Shown in pieces: positions 1 to 10,268 of a DNA stretch of 64,000 bases. The translations under genes were made by a program, and so were the position numbers. Each line of letters begins with the position of its first letter. The stretch's first letter is position 1. The stretch lies in sequence record HM035025; one strand, given 5' to 3'. The stretch is from Shigella phage Shfl2. The notes beneath the pieces were generated by a model. That model searched no databases. It saw only the letters and a list, made by a program, of their open reading frames with translations, and was not told the origin of the DNA.

Positions 1-255
1 TATAAAGGTCCGAACGAAATGGATGCTGGTATTTACTATGCTCCATATGTAGCTCTGACTCCGCTGCGTGGTTCCGATCCGAAGAACTTCCAACCAGTAA
101 TGGGATTCAAAACTCGTTACGGTATCGGTATCAACCCATTTGCAGAATCCGCTGCTCAGGCTCCGGCTTCTCGCATCCAGAGCGGTATGCCTTCTATTCT
201 GAACAGCCTTGGTAAGAACGCTTACTTCCGCCGTGTATATGTTAAAGGTATCTAA
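1..255 (+). CDS. 23: Major capsid protein gp23, C-terminal fragment (5' end lies upstream of window)
   Basis: Open frame from base 1 to TAA at 253-255; sits directly upstream of gp24 with terminator and late promoter between, as in T-even head cluster. Confidence 0.75.
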   Translation, partial: YKGPNEMDAGIYYAPYVALTPLRGSDPKNFQPVMGFKTRYGIGINPFAESAAQAPASRIQSGMPSILNSLGKNAYFRRVYVKGI

Positions 256-270
256 TCTTTGACGATTTAA

Positions 271-294
271 GGGACCTTCGGGTCCCTTTAGTTG
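271..294 (+). terminator. Rho-independent terminator after gene 23
   Basis: GGGACC-UUCG-GGUCCC hairpin followed by T-rich tract. Confidence 0.6.
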
Positions 295-303
295 TTTTTA
301 TGG

Positions 304-311
304 TATAAATA
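304..311 (+). promoter_or_regulatory. T4-type late promoter (TATAAATA) for gene 24
   Basis: Exact TATAAATA about 28 nt upstream of gp24 ATG. Confidence 0.6.
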
Positions 312-338
312 AATCATATAAACCAAAAGGAAAGCGCA

Positions 339-1622
339 ATGGCTAAAATCAACGAACTTCTGCGCGAATCAACCACAACGAATAGCAACTCAATCGGTCG
401 CCCAAATCTCGTTGCTTTGACTCGCGCTACCACTAAATTAATATATTCTGACATTGTAGCAACGCAAAGAACTAATCAACCTGTTGCTGCTTTTTATGGT
501 ATCAAATACCTTAATCCAGATAACGAATTTACATTTAAAACTGGTGCTACTTACGCTGGCGAAGCTGGATACGTAGACCGAGAACAAATCACAGAATTAA
601 CAGAAGAGTCTAAATTAACTCTCAATAAAGGCGATTTATTCAAATATAATAATATCGTTTATAAAGTATTAGAAGATACACCATTTGCTGATATTGAAGA
701 AAGCGATTTAGAATTAGCTCTTCAGATTGCAATTGTTCTTTTAAAGGTTCGTTTATTTTCTGATGCTGCAGTAACAAGCAAATTTGAAAGCTCTGATAGT
801 GAAATTGCGGATGCTAGATTCCAGATTAATAAATGGCAAACCGCAGTTAAATCTCGTAAACTTAAAACTGGCATTACGGTTGAATTAGCACAAGATTTAG
901 AAGCAAATGGATTCGATGCTCCTAATTTCTTGGAAGATTTGCTTGCAACTGAAATGGCGGATGAAATCAATAAAGATATTCTACAGTCTTTGATTACAGT
1001 ATCAAAACGCTATAAAGTCACAGGAATTACTGATACTGGATTCATTGATTTGAGTTATGCATCTGCACCTGAAGCTGGTCGTTCATTATACCGAATGGTG
1101 TGTGAAATGGTTTCGCATATCCAAAAAGAATCAACTTATACTGCAACGTTCTGTGTTGCTTCAGCTCGTGCCGCTGCGATTCTTGCTGCATCAGGTTGGT
1201 TAAAACATAAACCAGAAGATGACAAATATCTTTCACAAAATGCCTACGGGTTCTTAGCTAATGGTTTACCGCTTTATTGCGATACCAACAGCCCATTAGA
1301 TTATGTAATCGTTGGCGTAGTAGAAAATATCGGTGAAAAAGAAATTGTTGGATCAATTTTCTATGCTCCATATACAGAAGGTCTTGACTTAGATGACCCT
1401 GAACATGTAGGTGCATTTAAAGTTGTAGTTGATCCAGAAAGTTTGCAGCCATCTATCGGTTTATTGGTTAGATATGCTTTATCTGCAAATCCTTATACTG
1501 TAGCAAAAGATGAAAAAGAAGCAAGAATAATTGATGGTGGAGACATGGATAAAATGGCGGGTCGTTCAGATTTGTCTGTTTTATTAGGTGTTAAGCTACC
1601 AAAAATTATTGTTGATGAATAA
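339..1622 (+). CDS. 24: Head vertex protein gp24
   Basis: 427 aa, same length as T4 gp24; position after gene 23. Confidence 0.9.
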   Translation: MAKINELLRESTTTNSNSIGRPNLVALTRATTKLIYSDIVATQRTNQPVAAFYGIKYLNPDNEFTFKTGATYAGEAGYVDREQITELTEESKLTLNKGDLFKYNNIVYKVLEDTPFADIEESDLELALQIAIVLLKVRLFSDAAVTSKFESSDSEIADARFQINKWQTAVKSRKLKTGITVELAQDLEANGFDAPNFLEDLLATEMADEINKDILQSLITVSKRYKVTGITDTGFIDLSYASAPEAGRSLYRMVCEMVSHIQKESTYTATFCVASARAAAILAASGWLKHKPEDDKYLSQNAYGFLANGLPLYCDTNSPLDYVIVGVVENIGEKEIVGSIFYAPYTEGLDLDDPEHVGAFKVVVDPESLQPSIGLLVRYALSANPYTVAKDEKEARIIDGGDMDKMAGRSDLSVLLGVKLPKIIVDE

Positions 1623-1628
1623 AACAAA

Positions 1629-1650
1629 GGGACCTTTCGGTCCCTTTTAT
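1629..1650. terminator. Bidirectional terminator between gene 24 and rnlB
   Basis: GGGACC-UUUC-GGUCCC hairpin flanked by A-run on one side and T-run on the other. Confidence 0.6.
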
Positions 1651-2655
1651 TTAACTTACCAATTCAATCCAAGCCGGACGAAGTACATCTTGTACCATTT
1701 TAACTAATTCCTTTTTAATCAAAGAAGGATTATCCGCTTGAGTTAGAGTAATACCTTCACGAGAAGTTTCTTCCAAAATATCTTGAACAGTTAGTCCCAT
1801 CACCTTTCCAAAATCTTTTGGACCAATTTCGCCAATTTTAGAAATAACGTTATTTACTCGGTTCAGTGTAACGTAGCAAGCTAAAATTCCCAGCAATTTA
1901 TTATCAGCTTCTGACAGCTCAACTTTAGCTTTAATAGGCTTATCAGACTTTTTCTTTTCGCTAAATTTAGAGTTCTTGCATTTGATGGCTACACGATTGC
2001 CATTAGGCATCCAAGAAGGATAACAAGGTTTCAATACATATCCTTCAGCGGTAAATACTTCACCTTTTGCTTCGGCATTCCAAACGCATTTATTTGCATC
2101 AACTAATCCAGCATGGTCTACTGTAAAATTATAATCCTGGACGACAGAATCTAAATCATTTGGCAATTTAATAAGTTCTTCAAATTTACCACGACCCAAA
2201 AGTGGAGCCATTTTAAATTTGAATGTATTACAGAATGATTCCATCATATAATCATCGACATAAGTCACATCACCACTTTCTGTAGTAACAATAATGTCAA
2301 ATACATAAAAATCTTTATCACCATAATCGACATTCTTCTGAATGCCAGGTCCAGCGAATTCGCCGAAGACTTGATAAGATACAACTGCCGAAGTTTCCAT
2401 AATATCTTGTACTGCTTTAATGGAATCAGCGTAATTCTTTAGAATAATTTCATACCCAAAGAAATCTTCAGCAGGAAGAATCGGTCCAGTACGTTTAGCA
2501 CAAGTTGCTTTATCGCGTTCAATAATCAGTGAGAAATTTGTGCCATGAATCTTTTCACGAGCTACCCATTCGCCGCCAGTCAATCCTAAACTGTAAAGTT
2601 TTTCAATGAATTTAGAATTGTAATGATTTTCAAGACTGCTATACTTTTTAAACAT
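1651..2655 (-). CDS. rnlB: RNA ligase 2 (Rnl2)
   Basis: 334 aa; nucleotidyltransferase motif I KIHGTN near N-terminus (catalytic Lys35 of T4 Rnl2). Confidence 0.9.
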   Translation of the reverse strand: MFKKYSSLENHYNSKFIEKLYSLGLTGGEWVAREKIHGTNFSLIIERDKATCAKRTGPILPAEDFFGYEIILKNYADSIKAVQDIMETSAVVSYQVFGEFAGPGIQKNVDYGDKDFYVFDIIVTTESGDVTYVDDYMMESFCNTFKFKMAPLLGRGKFEELIKLPNDLDSVVQDYNFTVDHAGLVDANKCVWNAEAKGEVFTAEGYVLKPCYPSWMPNGNRVAIKCKNSKFSEKKKSDKPIKAKVELSEADNKLLGILACYVTLNRVNNVISKIGEIGPKDFGKVMGLTVQDILEETSREGITLTQADNPSLIKKELVKMVQDVLRPAWIELVS

Positions 2656-2664
2656 AATTAATCC

Positions 2665-2943
2665 TCAAAATGTAATTTCTAACCAATCACCATCACGTTG
2701 ATCACTATTGACTTTAAAGCTAAATCCTTCTTTTCTCAGCCAATCACCAATTTCTTCAGTAATCAATTTATCGCGAGCAGTACAATAATAACTAAAATAT
2801 GTTTTACCTTGTTCAGCTGCTTTATTAGCAAGTTCCGAAAAATCTTTAATAAAACACTCTAGCTTAAACTGTTTACTTTTAAGTGCTTTTTCGCGTAATT
2901 GATTAGCAAAAGATTCATTTTCATAAAGATCATACTGTTCCAT
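2665..2943 (-). CDS. 24.2: Hypothetical early protein (T4 24.2-like)
   Basis: 92-aa ORF in conserved position between rnlB and hoc. Confidence 0.55.
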   Translation of the reverse strand: MEQYDLYENESFANQLREKALKSKQFKLECFIKDFSELANKAAEQGKTYFSYYCTARDKLITEEIGDWLRKEGFSFKVNSDQRDGDWLEITF

Positions 2944-3145
2944 TTTTCACCTTTTTATTAATATGTCTTTTTCTATAGACAACTTTTTCTCGAGTCTCAA
3001 ATTTATTCTTAGCAGTCATAGCTCGAGCCCATAATACAGCCACTTCTTTCGCCTGTAAGTTCAATTCACGAGCAATTTCAATGAATGACTTTCCAGACTC
3101 ATGAAGAGTAAACACCACAACCTCAGTTCTCATAATCAATCTCAT
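2930..3145 (-). CDS. 24.3: Hypothetical small protein with HTH-like segment (T4 24.3-like)
   Basis: 71-aa ORF; segment SFIEIARELNLQAKEVAVLWARA resembles a helix-turn-helix. Confidence 0.5.
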   Translation of the reverse strand: MRLIMRTEVVVFTLHESGKSFIEIARELNLQAKEVAVLWARAMTAKNKFETREKVVYRKRHINKKVKNGTV

Positions 3146-3199
3146 GTTATCGAGTTGGTGCCATTATATACATCATTTTCTGATTGTGTTTTGTGTGCT

Positions 3200-3228
3200 T
3201 TCAAAATGAAGAAAGGGGCCGAAGCCCC
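3200..3228 (-). terminator. Rho-independent terminator downstream of hoc
   Basis: GGGGC-UUCG-GCCCC hairpin on minus strand followed by T-rich run. Confidence 0.55.
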
Positions 3229-3233
3229 TAAGA

Positions 3234-4364
3234 TTATGGATAGGTATAGATGATACCAGTTTCTAAAGCAGTTTTATGAATGATGTATCCATTGCGCGAT
3301 TCTTGAACATCAACTTCTGGATAGTCTTTCATCATCTTCTGAAGAGTGTAACGATGCAGATAGTATTTACTATCTGGATCTTCAGTTTTCCAATCTTTAC
3401 CTTCTTCGGTCATTTTTTGGATTTCATCCATAACCCACCAACCGCACCAGATATAAGCTGAAGTACGATGTGGAAGAGGATGAACATAAGGCAATTCACC
3501 TTCTGGTTCTGGAGCAACTTTATCAGTTACCTGAACTTGACCTTCTGCTGTGATAGTTTTGCTATCATAATCAGTAGCAGTAACAGTTGCAGTAACTTCA
3601 ATAGTTTGACTTCCAATAGATGATGTATCAACGGTGTATACATTAGTTGACCCTTCTACTGGAGAAGAATCTTTCTTCCATGAATATTCGATTTGCGCTT
3701 CTTCCGGGGCATCAGTGACATTAGCAGTAAATGTAGCCGAAGCATCTTGCTGAACGTTAATAGAAGGAGGAGTCAATGTAACCTGTGGATTCATTGTCTT
3801 CTTATTAACAGTCAGTGATACTTCATTAGAAGTAACTTCTTTTGTATCGTAATCTGTCGCTGTTACTTGAGCTACGCATTTAATTCTTTTTACTCCACTT
3901 GTAGTTGGAGTATAGCTAAATGTAGCGGAAGTTGCTTCACTAACAGGAGAGTCATCAACATACCATTGATACGTAGCAGATGCGCCTGATGGTTGAGAAG
4001 CTAAAGCAGCAGTAAATTCAACAGGAGTTCCAATCGCTCCAGCAGCAGGACTATCAGGAGTTACAGCTAAGGTAGTTGTCTGTGTCTTATTTTGAACTGT
4101 GATAGTTGTAGTAGCTTCTGCTGTTTCAGCATCAGTATCTGGAACTGTGTTTGTTGCAACTACTTTAATAGTCTTTTGACCGGCAGGTCCTTTTAGTACA
4201 TAACTAAAAGTTGCTTCAGTTCCATCTTGTGGAACATCGTCTACAGTCCAAGCATATGTAATAGGTCCATCTCCAGTTTGACCACTGGGTGTAGCAGTAA
4301 ACTGCTGAGTCTGATCTATAACTCCAGTAGGTGTTTTAGGAGTTATATCAACTGTAAAAGCCAT
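3234..4364 (-). CDS. hoc: Highly immunogenic outer capsid protein Hoc (Ig-like domains)
   Basis: 376 aa as in T4 Hoc; repeated beta-rich T/V/S-rich modules typical of Ig-like domains. Confidence 0.9.
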   Translation of the reverse strand: MAFTVDITPKTPTGVIDQTQQFTATPSGQTGDGPITYAWTVDDVPQDGTEATFSYVLKGPAGQKTIKVVATNTVPDTDAETAEATTTITVQNKTQTTTLAVTPDSPAAGAIGTPVEFTAALASQPSGASATYQWYVDDSPVSEATSATFSYTPTTSGVKRIKCVAQVTATDYDTKEVTSNEVSLTVNKKTMNPQVTLTPPSINVQQDASATFTANVTDAPEEAQIEYSWKKDSSPVEGSTNVYTVDTSSIGSQTIEVTATVTATDYDSKTITAEGQVQVTDKVAPEPEGELPYVHPLPHRTSAYIWCGWWVMDEIQKMTEEGKDWKTEDPDSKYYLHRYTLQKMMKDYPEVDVQESRNGYIIHKTALETGIIYTYP

Positions 4365-4373
4365 AAGTTATCC

Positions 4374-5054
4374 TTATTTTAATGTTACGAAAGAAGAGTT
4401 GCGTGTTTCACGAATTAGAACTGATCCGTCACGATTAATGTAGTAAATTAAGCTAAATAAAGTTTGGTGTGCCGACGCGTGTTCAAAACTAGTTGGGTGA
4501 GATTTCCAATCCGGAGTTTCAGCAATCCACTGGTAAATCCACCAAGGAACCGTGCAGAATCCTGGATTTTTTCCAATCAACTGAAGATTCGGACTAAAGT
4601 TTTCCGGAAGAGTAAATACAGACGGCTTTTCAGATTCAATAATCTCAGCTACAGTCTGTTCGAATTTTTCTTCAATAAAAGGAGTATCTTCAATCAAAAC
4701 ATCGGTATTTTCAGGAATTTTATCCGTTTCTACCACTTCAATTTTAATGTCAGATTTAACCGGAGAATCAATCAGAAGTGCTGCTTCTGGATTGACTTCT
4801 TCATCGTCATATTTTAATCCCTCTGCAGCATCAGCAGCATTAATTAAGTCTTTAATAGATAACCCATCAGTCTCTGGCATAGGTTCACTAGCGAGCTTCT
4901 GGAGGGCTTCTTCAATATCATTAACGATATTATCAAAAGATTTATTCTTTTTGACCTTTATACCAAACTGTTCAGCATATTCAGCTAATTTAGCTTTAGC
5001 TTCTTTATTATCATCAAGAGCCTTCAGCTCTGCAATATAATCTTTATCTATCAT
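4374..5054 (-). CDS. inh: Inhibitor of prohead protease (Inh)
   Basis: 226 aa; position between hoc and segE as in T4. Confidence 0.75.
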   Translation of the reverse strand: MIDKDYIAELKALDDNKEAKAKLAEYAEQFGIKVKKNKSFDNIVNDIEEALQKLASEPMPETDGLSIKDLINAADAAEGLKYDDEEVNPEAALLIDSPVKSDIKIEVVETDKIPENTDVLIEDTPFIEEKFEQTVAEIIESEKPSVFTLPENFSPNLQLIGKNPGFCTVPWWIYQWIAETPDWKSHPTSFEHASAHQTLFSLIYYINRDGSVLIRETRNSSFVTLK

Positions 5055-5067
5055 AATATTTCCTCAG

Positions 5068-5075
5068 TATAAATA
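5068..5075 (+). promoter_or_regulatory. Late-promoter-like TATAAATA upstream of segE
   Basis: Exact TATAAATA 29 nt upstream of segE ATG. Confidence 0.45.
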
Positions 5076-5103
5076 TAGATATATTTATTACTCGGAAAAT
5101 AGT

Positions 5104-5721
5104 ATGTACCACTTTGTATATGAAACAACAAATCTAATAAATGGTAAAAAGTATATAGGAAAACACTCTACTGATGACTTGAATGATGGTTACCTTGGTT
5201 CCGGTAAGGCAATTCAGCAGGCTATAAAGAAATATGGTGAAAACAATTTCTCTAGAACAATACTAAAAGAGTTTAAAACTTCCGAAGAAGCGTACATGTA
5301 TGAAGAAGAAATTATAACTCCTGAAATAATAAAAAGCAAAAATTATTATAATATGAAACCTGGTGGAATTGGTGGAATTGTTATGACTACAGAGGTTATA
5401 GCAAAGATGAAAGAATCTTCCGCTAAGAGATTTGAAAACTCACCGGGCACGGTATTAGGTACAACTTGTTACACTAATGGAACTAAAAATATTTTTATTA
5501 AGCCTGGAGAACTTGTTCCAGAAGGATTTGTAAAAGGGATGGTTCATCCTAATAGAAAGTCCAGAAAAGGATGTAAAGTCAAACCGACTACCACAGGAAC
5601 TTTTTGGGTCAATAATGGTGCAATAAATAAATTAATACAACCAGACGGTATTATTCCCGACGGATTTATTAAAGGTCGTCTCATGAAAAGAGATTCTAAA
5701 GGCAAATTTAGTAAGGCATAA
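5104..5721 (+). CDS. segE: GIY-YIG homing endonuclease SegE
   Basis: 205 aa; N-terminal GIY-YIG-type motif (HFVYETTN...KYIGK...YLGSG); free-standing between inh and uvsW. Confidence 0.85.
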   Translation: MYHFVYETTNLINGKKYIGKHSTDDLNDGYLGSGKAIQQAIKKYGENNFSRTILKEFKTSEEAYMYEEEIITPEIIKSKNYYNMKPGGIGGIVMTTEVIAKMKESSAKRFENSPGTVLGTTCYTNGTKNIFIKPGELVPEGFVKGMVHPNRKSRKGCKVKPTTTGTFWVNNGAINKLIQPDGIIPDGFIKGRLMKRDSKGKFSKA

Positions 5722-5723
5722 TT

Positions 5724-7232
5724 ATGGATATTAAAGTACATTTTCACGACTTCAGTCATGTACGCATCGATTGTGAAGAGAGCACGTTCCACGAATTAAG
5801 AGATTTCTTTTCGTTTGAGGCCGATGGATATAGATTTAACCCTCGCTTCAGATATGGCAACTGGGATGGACGAATCCGTCTTTTAGATTATAATCGCCTT
5901 CTTCCATTCGGCTTAGTCGGACAAATTAAAAAGTTCTGCGATAACTTTGGCTATAAAGCCTGGATTGACCCACAGATTAACGAAAAAGAAGAATTATCAA
6001 GAAAAGATTTTGATGAATGGCTTTCTAAATTAGAAATCTATTCAGGAAATAAAAGAATTGAACCACACTGGTATCAAAAAGATGCAGTGTTCGAAGGATT
6101 AGTTAATCGTCGTAGAATTCTTAATCTTCCAACATCCGCAGGTAAATCTTTAATTCAAGCTTTGCTTGCACGTTATTATTTGGAAAATTATGAAGGTAAA
6201 ATTCTTATCATTGTTCCAACAACTGCTTTAACAACTCAGATGGCTGATGACTTTGTTGACTATCGTTTATTCAGTCATGCAATGATAAAGAAAATCGGTG
6301 GTGGAGCATCAAAAGATGATAAATATAAAAATGATGCACCAGTCGTTGTTGGTACATGGCAAACTGTAGTAAAACAACCGAAAGAATGGTTCTCACAGTT
6401 TGGAATGATGATGAATGATGAATGCCATCTTGCTACAGGAAAAAGTATTTCATCTATCATATCAGGTTTAAATAACTGTATGTTTAAATTTGGTTTGTCC
6501 GGTTCATTGCGCGATGGCAAAGCTAATATCATGCAGTATGTTGGAATGTTTGGTGAAATATTTAAGCCAGTAACGACTTCTAAATTAATGGAAGATGGAC
6601 AAGTAACTGAGTTAAAAATTAATAGTATTTTTCTTCGCTATCCTGATGAGTTCACTACTAAATTAAAGGGAAAAACTTACCAAGAAGAAATAAAAATTAT
6701 TACTGGGCTCAGTAAAAGAAATAAATGGATCGCTAAATTAGCTATTAAACTTGCACAAAAAGATGAAAACGCTTTTGTCATGTTTAAACACGTATCACAT
6801 GGTAAAGCTATTTTCGATTTAATTAAAAATGAATACGATAAAGTTTATTACGTATCAGGGGAAGTTGATACCGAAACACGCAACGTAATGAAAACCTTAG
6901 CTGAAAATGGCAAAGGAATAATTATAGTAGCTAGTTATGGTGTATTTTCTACTGGTATTTCAGTTAAAAATCTGCATCACGTTGTTTTAGCGCACGGTGT
7001 TAAATCAAAAATCATTGTATTACAAACAATCGGTCGTGTATTACGTAAGCATGGTTCTAAGACAATAGCAACAGTCTGGGACCTCATAGATGATTGTGGT
7101 GTTAAGCCAAAATCTGCTAATACGAAAAAGAAATATGTTCATTTGAACTATCTTTTAAAACACGGCATTGATCGTATTCAGCGCTACGCAGATGAAAAAT
7201 TCAATTACGTAATGAAAACAGTTAATTTATAA
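5724..7232 (+). CDS. uvsW: UvsW DNA/RNA helicase (SF2)
   Basis: 502 aa; Walker A PTSAGKS and DECH box. Confidence 0.9.
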   Translation: MDIKVHFHDFSHVRIDCEESTFHELRDFFSFEADGYRFNPRFRYGNWDGRIRLLDYNRLLPFGLVGQIKKFCDNFGYKAWIDPQINEKEELSRKDFDEWLSKLEIYSGNKRIEPHWYQKDAVFEGLVNRRRILNLPTSAGKSLIQALLARYYLENYEGKILIIVPTTALTTQMADDFVDYRLFSHAMIKKIGGGASKDDKYKNDAPVVVGTWQTVVKQPKEWFSQFGMMMNDECHLATGKSISSIISGLNNCMFKFGLSGSLRDGKANIMQYVGMFGEIFKPVTTSKLMEDGQVTELKINSIFLRYPDEFTTKLKGKTYQEEIKIITGLSKRNKWIAKLAIKLAQKDENAFVMFKHVSHGKAIFDLIKNEYDKVYYVSGEVDTETRNVMKTLAENGKGIIIVASYGVFSTGISVKNLHHVVLAHGVKSKIIVLQTIGRVLRKHGSKTIATVWDLIDDCGVKPKSANTKKKYVHLNYLLKHGIDRIQRYADEKFNYVMKTVNL

Positions 7233-7257
7233 GGGCTTCGGCCCTTTGGAGAAAAAG

Positions 7258-7488
7258 ATGTTACTAGAATTTAAACAATTTCTTTATGAAGCTTCTATTG
7301 ATGAATTTATGGGTAAAATTGCCTCTTGTCAAACATTAGAAGGTTTAGAAGAACTTGAAGCTTATTATAAGAAAAGAGTTAAAGAAACTGAATTAAAAGA
7401 TACTGATGACATCTCTGTGAGAGATGCTTTGGCAGGAAAAAGAGCTGAATTAGAAGATTCAGACGATGAAGTAGAAGAAAGCTTTTAA
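7258..7488 (+). CDS. uvsW.1: UvsW.1 small acidic protein
   Basis: 76 aa from ATG at 7258 with GGAG SD; ORF track extends it to a TTG at 7246. Confidence 0.7.
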   Translation: MLLEFKQFLYEASIDEFMGKIASCQTLEGLEELEAYYKKRVKETELKDTDDISVRDALAGKRAELEDSDDEVEESF

Positions 7489-7544
7489 ATTAAAAAAGGC
7501 CCAACCAAAAAGGAAGGGCCAAAACTATAGACTAAAGGTCACAC

Positions 7545-7711
7545 TATAGCAAAAGTTGTGTTTCATTTAATTGTTCTTCCGAACTTTCTGAAACTGGTAG
7601 TTCTTTAATGTAATTATAACAAGGCCCAGGATGTACAGGACCTTTGTCTGTTTCAACAACCAATGCAGAATCGATTGGAGTTTTACAGACAACACAAATC
7701 TTATCTGACAT
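7545..7711 (-). CDS. uvsY.-2: Small hypothetical protein (T4 uvsY.-2-like), Cys-containing
   Basis: 55-aa minus-strand ORF below the ORF-track size cutoff, read by hand. Confidence 0.4.
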
Positions 7712-7739
7712 GATTGTCTCCTCTAAATTATATATCTAT

Positions 7740-7964
7740 TTATATAACTCTCATATGCATATCAATGCCCATATCTTTGGAATAAAAATATTCATCAAGA
7801 TATCCGGCAAATTTTCCTTTAATATAAAGTACATCTTCACCGCATGGATGGTCGGCCAGGATACGAATATCCTGACGCTTAAGATTATGCTTTTTCATTA
7901 AGAATTGAATTTCCGTTTCAAATTCTTCTTCATAATTAAAAGCATCATCAATGCTATATCTCAT
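7740..7964 (-). CDS. uvsY.-1: Hypothetical protein (T4 uvsY.-1-like)
   Basis: 74-aa ORF immediately downstream of uvsY. Confidence 0.55.
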   Translation of the reverse strand: MRYSIDDAFNYEEEFETEIQFLMKKHNLKRQDIRILADHPCGEDVLYIKGKFAGYLDEYFYSKDMGIDMHMRVI

Positions 7965-8377
7965 TATTTTCCAGCCTCAAATGCCCGCATGTCTTGAATA
8001 TGCTTAATAGCAAATCCTCGTGATTTGATAGCATCAAGAGCTCCGCTACAGAAATCTAATAAAATTCCCCAATATTGTAATGAAGTATCAACCTTTAAAA
8101 CATCCTTATCAGCTGATAGAACTGTCTTCATTTCTGATTTCTCGTAACGATCCATACTAAATTCATCACCATCTCCTCGTCCCGAGTAGTAGTCTAATTT
8201 AGCTTTAAGAGCAACTTTTTTCTGTGCGTCAATTCTAAGCATTTCCTTTTTAATACTTGAATGCTTATTAAGCCATTTACTATATAACATCACATTATTA
8301 GCTGCTTCATACTGTAATTTAGTCGAATCTATAAACACATCTTTCTTCAATTCTTCTTGAAGATCTTCTAATTTCAT
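7964..8377 (-). CDS. uvsY: Recombination mediator UvsY
   Basis: 137 aa as in T4 UvsY. Confidence 0.9.
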   Translation of the reverse strand: MKLEDLQEELKKDVFIDSTKLQYEAANNVMLYSKWLNKHSSIKKEMLRIDAQKKVALKAKLDYYSGRGDGDEFSMDRYEKSEMKTVLSADKDVLKVDTSLQYWGILLDFCSGALDAIKSRGFAIKHIQDMRAFEAGK

Positions 8378-8443
8378 ATTGTTCTCTATTCAATTGTTAT
8401 TGGATGGACTTAGATTCATTATACCACGTTTATACGTGAAGCA

Positions 8444-8842
8444 TTATACTCTGTTACTGGAAGCCAGTTGTAGTTTTATCTGCTCAATATCATCAGGGTT
8501 ATCGATGACTGAAAAGCGTATTTCTACTATCAGAGTATAATCATCATAAACCGGTATTACATTAACTGCTAATTTATCAATACGTGGCTCGTAGTTTCTT
8601 ACTGCGCTTTCAATGTTACGCTCAACAGTATCAGCAGTAAGAGGAGTCATATTCTCAAAAAGCTGATCAGATAAATCGCATCCAAATTCTGGGTCAAATG
8701 GCCTTGACCCTTTCCTAGTTGTAATAATTCCTAAAAGGCTATTTTTAATTGACCTTAATCCAAGAGATCTAGAAACATCTTTGTCCCAATCCATTTTCAT
8801 TTCTGGGTCAATGTCAGAATAAAGCTTATTAATATTTGCCAT
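8444..8842 (-). CDS. 25: Baseplate wedge protein gp25
   Basis: 132 aa; conserved position. Confidence 0.9.
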   Translation of the reverse strand: MANINKLYSDIDPEMKMDWDKDVSRSLGLRSIKNSLLGIITTRKGSRPFDPEFGCDLSDQLFENMTPLTADTVERNIESAVRNYEPRIDKLAVNVIPVYDDYTLIVEIRFSVIDNPDDIEQIKLQLASSNRV

Positions 8843-9468
8843 TACAATAGCTCAAAGAATTCTTTGAGTCCTCTTATTACATGAGCGTGAGTTTTTCCAC
8901 ACTCTGGACATTTAATTGGAACAGCCAAATAAACAGTAGGCTTTAAAAGCATATCTTTTATAGCTACAATATCTGACTCTGTGATGATAGAATATAAATC
9001 TTCCAACTCTTTTTCATTTAAGTCTTCAATTGGAATGCTTTCCCCGTTAGCATGAATCGTTTCTATACATGATACTATCATGTGGGCTATATTTTTATCA
9101 TCAAAAATTTTAGGGTAATGGAATTTAATTTTAATGTCACCCAGTGTATACCAGAGGTCTTCTGGTGCATCTATTTGTGTATGTAATAGATTTATATGGG
9201 TTGGTATTTCAGTTCCACAGGTGCACTTCCAGGAGTTTTCGTGATTAACTTCTCCAAGAGAATGCGCCCATAAATGAATCAACAGTAGTTCTGATTCTTG
9301 GCGGTTTAAATCTTTTGCATTTGTGCATTCTTTGATTAGCTTTTTAACGATCTCTTCTACTGAACCGTTCTTTTTAGCAGTAATAAGTTCTAGATATTCT
9401 TTAAGAGTAAATGCGCGACAGTTGATTATTTTAGAACCAACTCTCACATCAAATTTGTATTCATACAT
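8842..9468 (-). CDS. 26: Baseplate hub protein gp26
   Basis: 208 aa; divergent from gene 51. Confidence 0.85.
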   Translation of the reverse strand: MYEYKFDVRVGSKIINCRAFTLKEYLELITAKKNGSVEEIVKKLIKECTNAKDLNRQESELLLIHLWAHSLGEVNHENSWKCTCGTEIPTHINLLHTQIDAPEDLWYTLGDIKIKFHYPKIFDDKNIAHMIVSCIETIHANGESIPIEDLNEKELEDLYSIITESDIVAIKDMLLKPTVYLAVPIKCPECGKTHAHVIRGLKEFFELL

Positions 9469-9489
9469 ATTTAGCTCCTTTATTTATCA

Positions 9490-9501
9490 TATTTATAAAT
9501 A
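9490..9501. promoter_or_regulatory. Overlapping divergent late promoters for genes 26 and 51
   Basis: Palindromic core TATTTATAAATA gives TATAAATA on both strands. Confidence 0.6.
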
Positions 9502-9518
9502 GAATAAAAGGAGCATCT

Positions 9519-10268
9519 ATGGCAAACATTATTCGTTGTAAATTACCAGATGGTGTTCATCGTTTTAAACCATTTACGGTAGAAGATTATCGAGATTTTT
9601 TGTTAGTTCGAAACGATATAGAACATCGGTCACCACAAGAACAAAAAGAAATAATTGCTGATTTAATTGCTGATTATTTTGGAGACTATCCGAAGACTTG
9701 GCAACCATTTATATTTTTGCAGGTATTTGTAGGGTCAATAGGTAAAACTAAAGTACCGGTCACATTTGTATGTCCAAAATGTAAAAAAGAAAAGACAGTT
9801 CCATTTGAAATATATCAAAAAGAATTAAAGGAACCTGTTTTTGATGTAGCTAATGTTAAAATTAAATTAAAGTTTCCTTCTGAGTTTTATGAAAATAAAG
9901 CAAAGATGATTACCGAAAATATTCATTCTGTTCAAGTAGATGAAATGTGGTATGATTGGAATGAAATTAGCGAATCAAGTCAAATAGAACTTGTTGATGC
10001 CATCGAGATAGAAACATTAGAAAAAATTCTCGATGCAATGAATCCTATTAATTTAACATTGCATATGTCATGCTGTAATAAGTATGTAAAAAAATACACT
10101 GATATAGTAGATGTGTTTAAGCTATTAGTTAACCCAGATGAAATATTTACTTTTTATCAAATCAATCACACGCTCGTAAAAAGTAATTATAGCTTAAATT
10201 CAATAATGAAAATGATTCCTGCTGAGCGCGGATTCGTATTAAAACTGATTGAGAAGGATAAACAATAA
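9519..10268 (+). CDS. 51: Baseplate hub assembly catalyst gp51
   Basis: 249 aa. Confidence 0.85.
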   Translation: MANIIRCKLPDGVHRFKPFTVEDYRDFLLVRNDIEHRSPQEQKEIIADLIADYFGDYPKTWQPFIFLQVFVGSIGKTKVPVTFVCPKCKKEKTVPFEIYQKELKEPVFDVANVKIKLKFPSEFYENKAKMITENIHSVQVDEMWYDWNEISESSQIELVDAIEIETLEKILDAMNPINLTLHMSCCNKYVKKYTDIVDVFKLLVNPDEIFTFYQINHTLVKSNYSLNSIMKMIPAERGFVLKLIEKDKQ

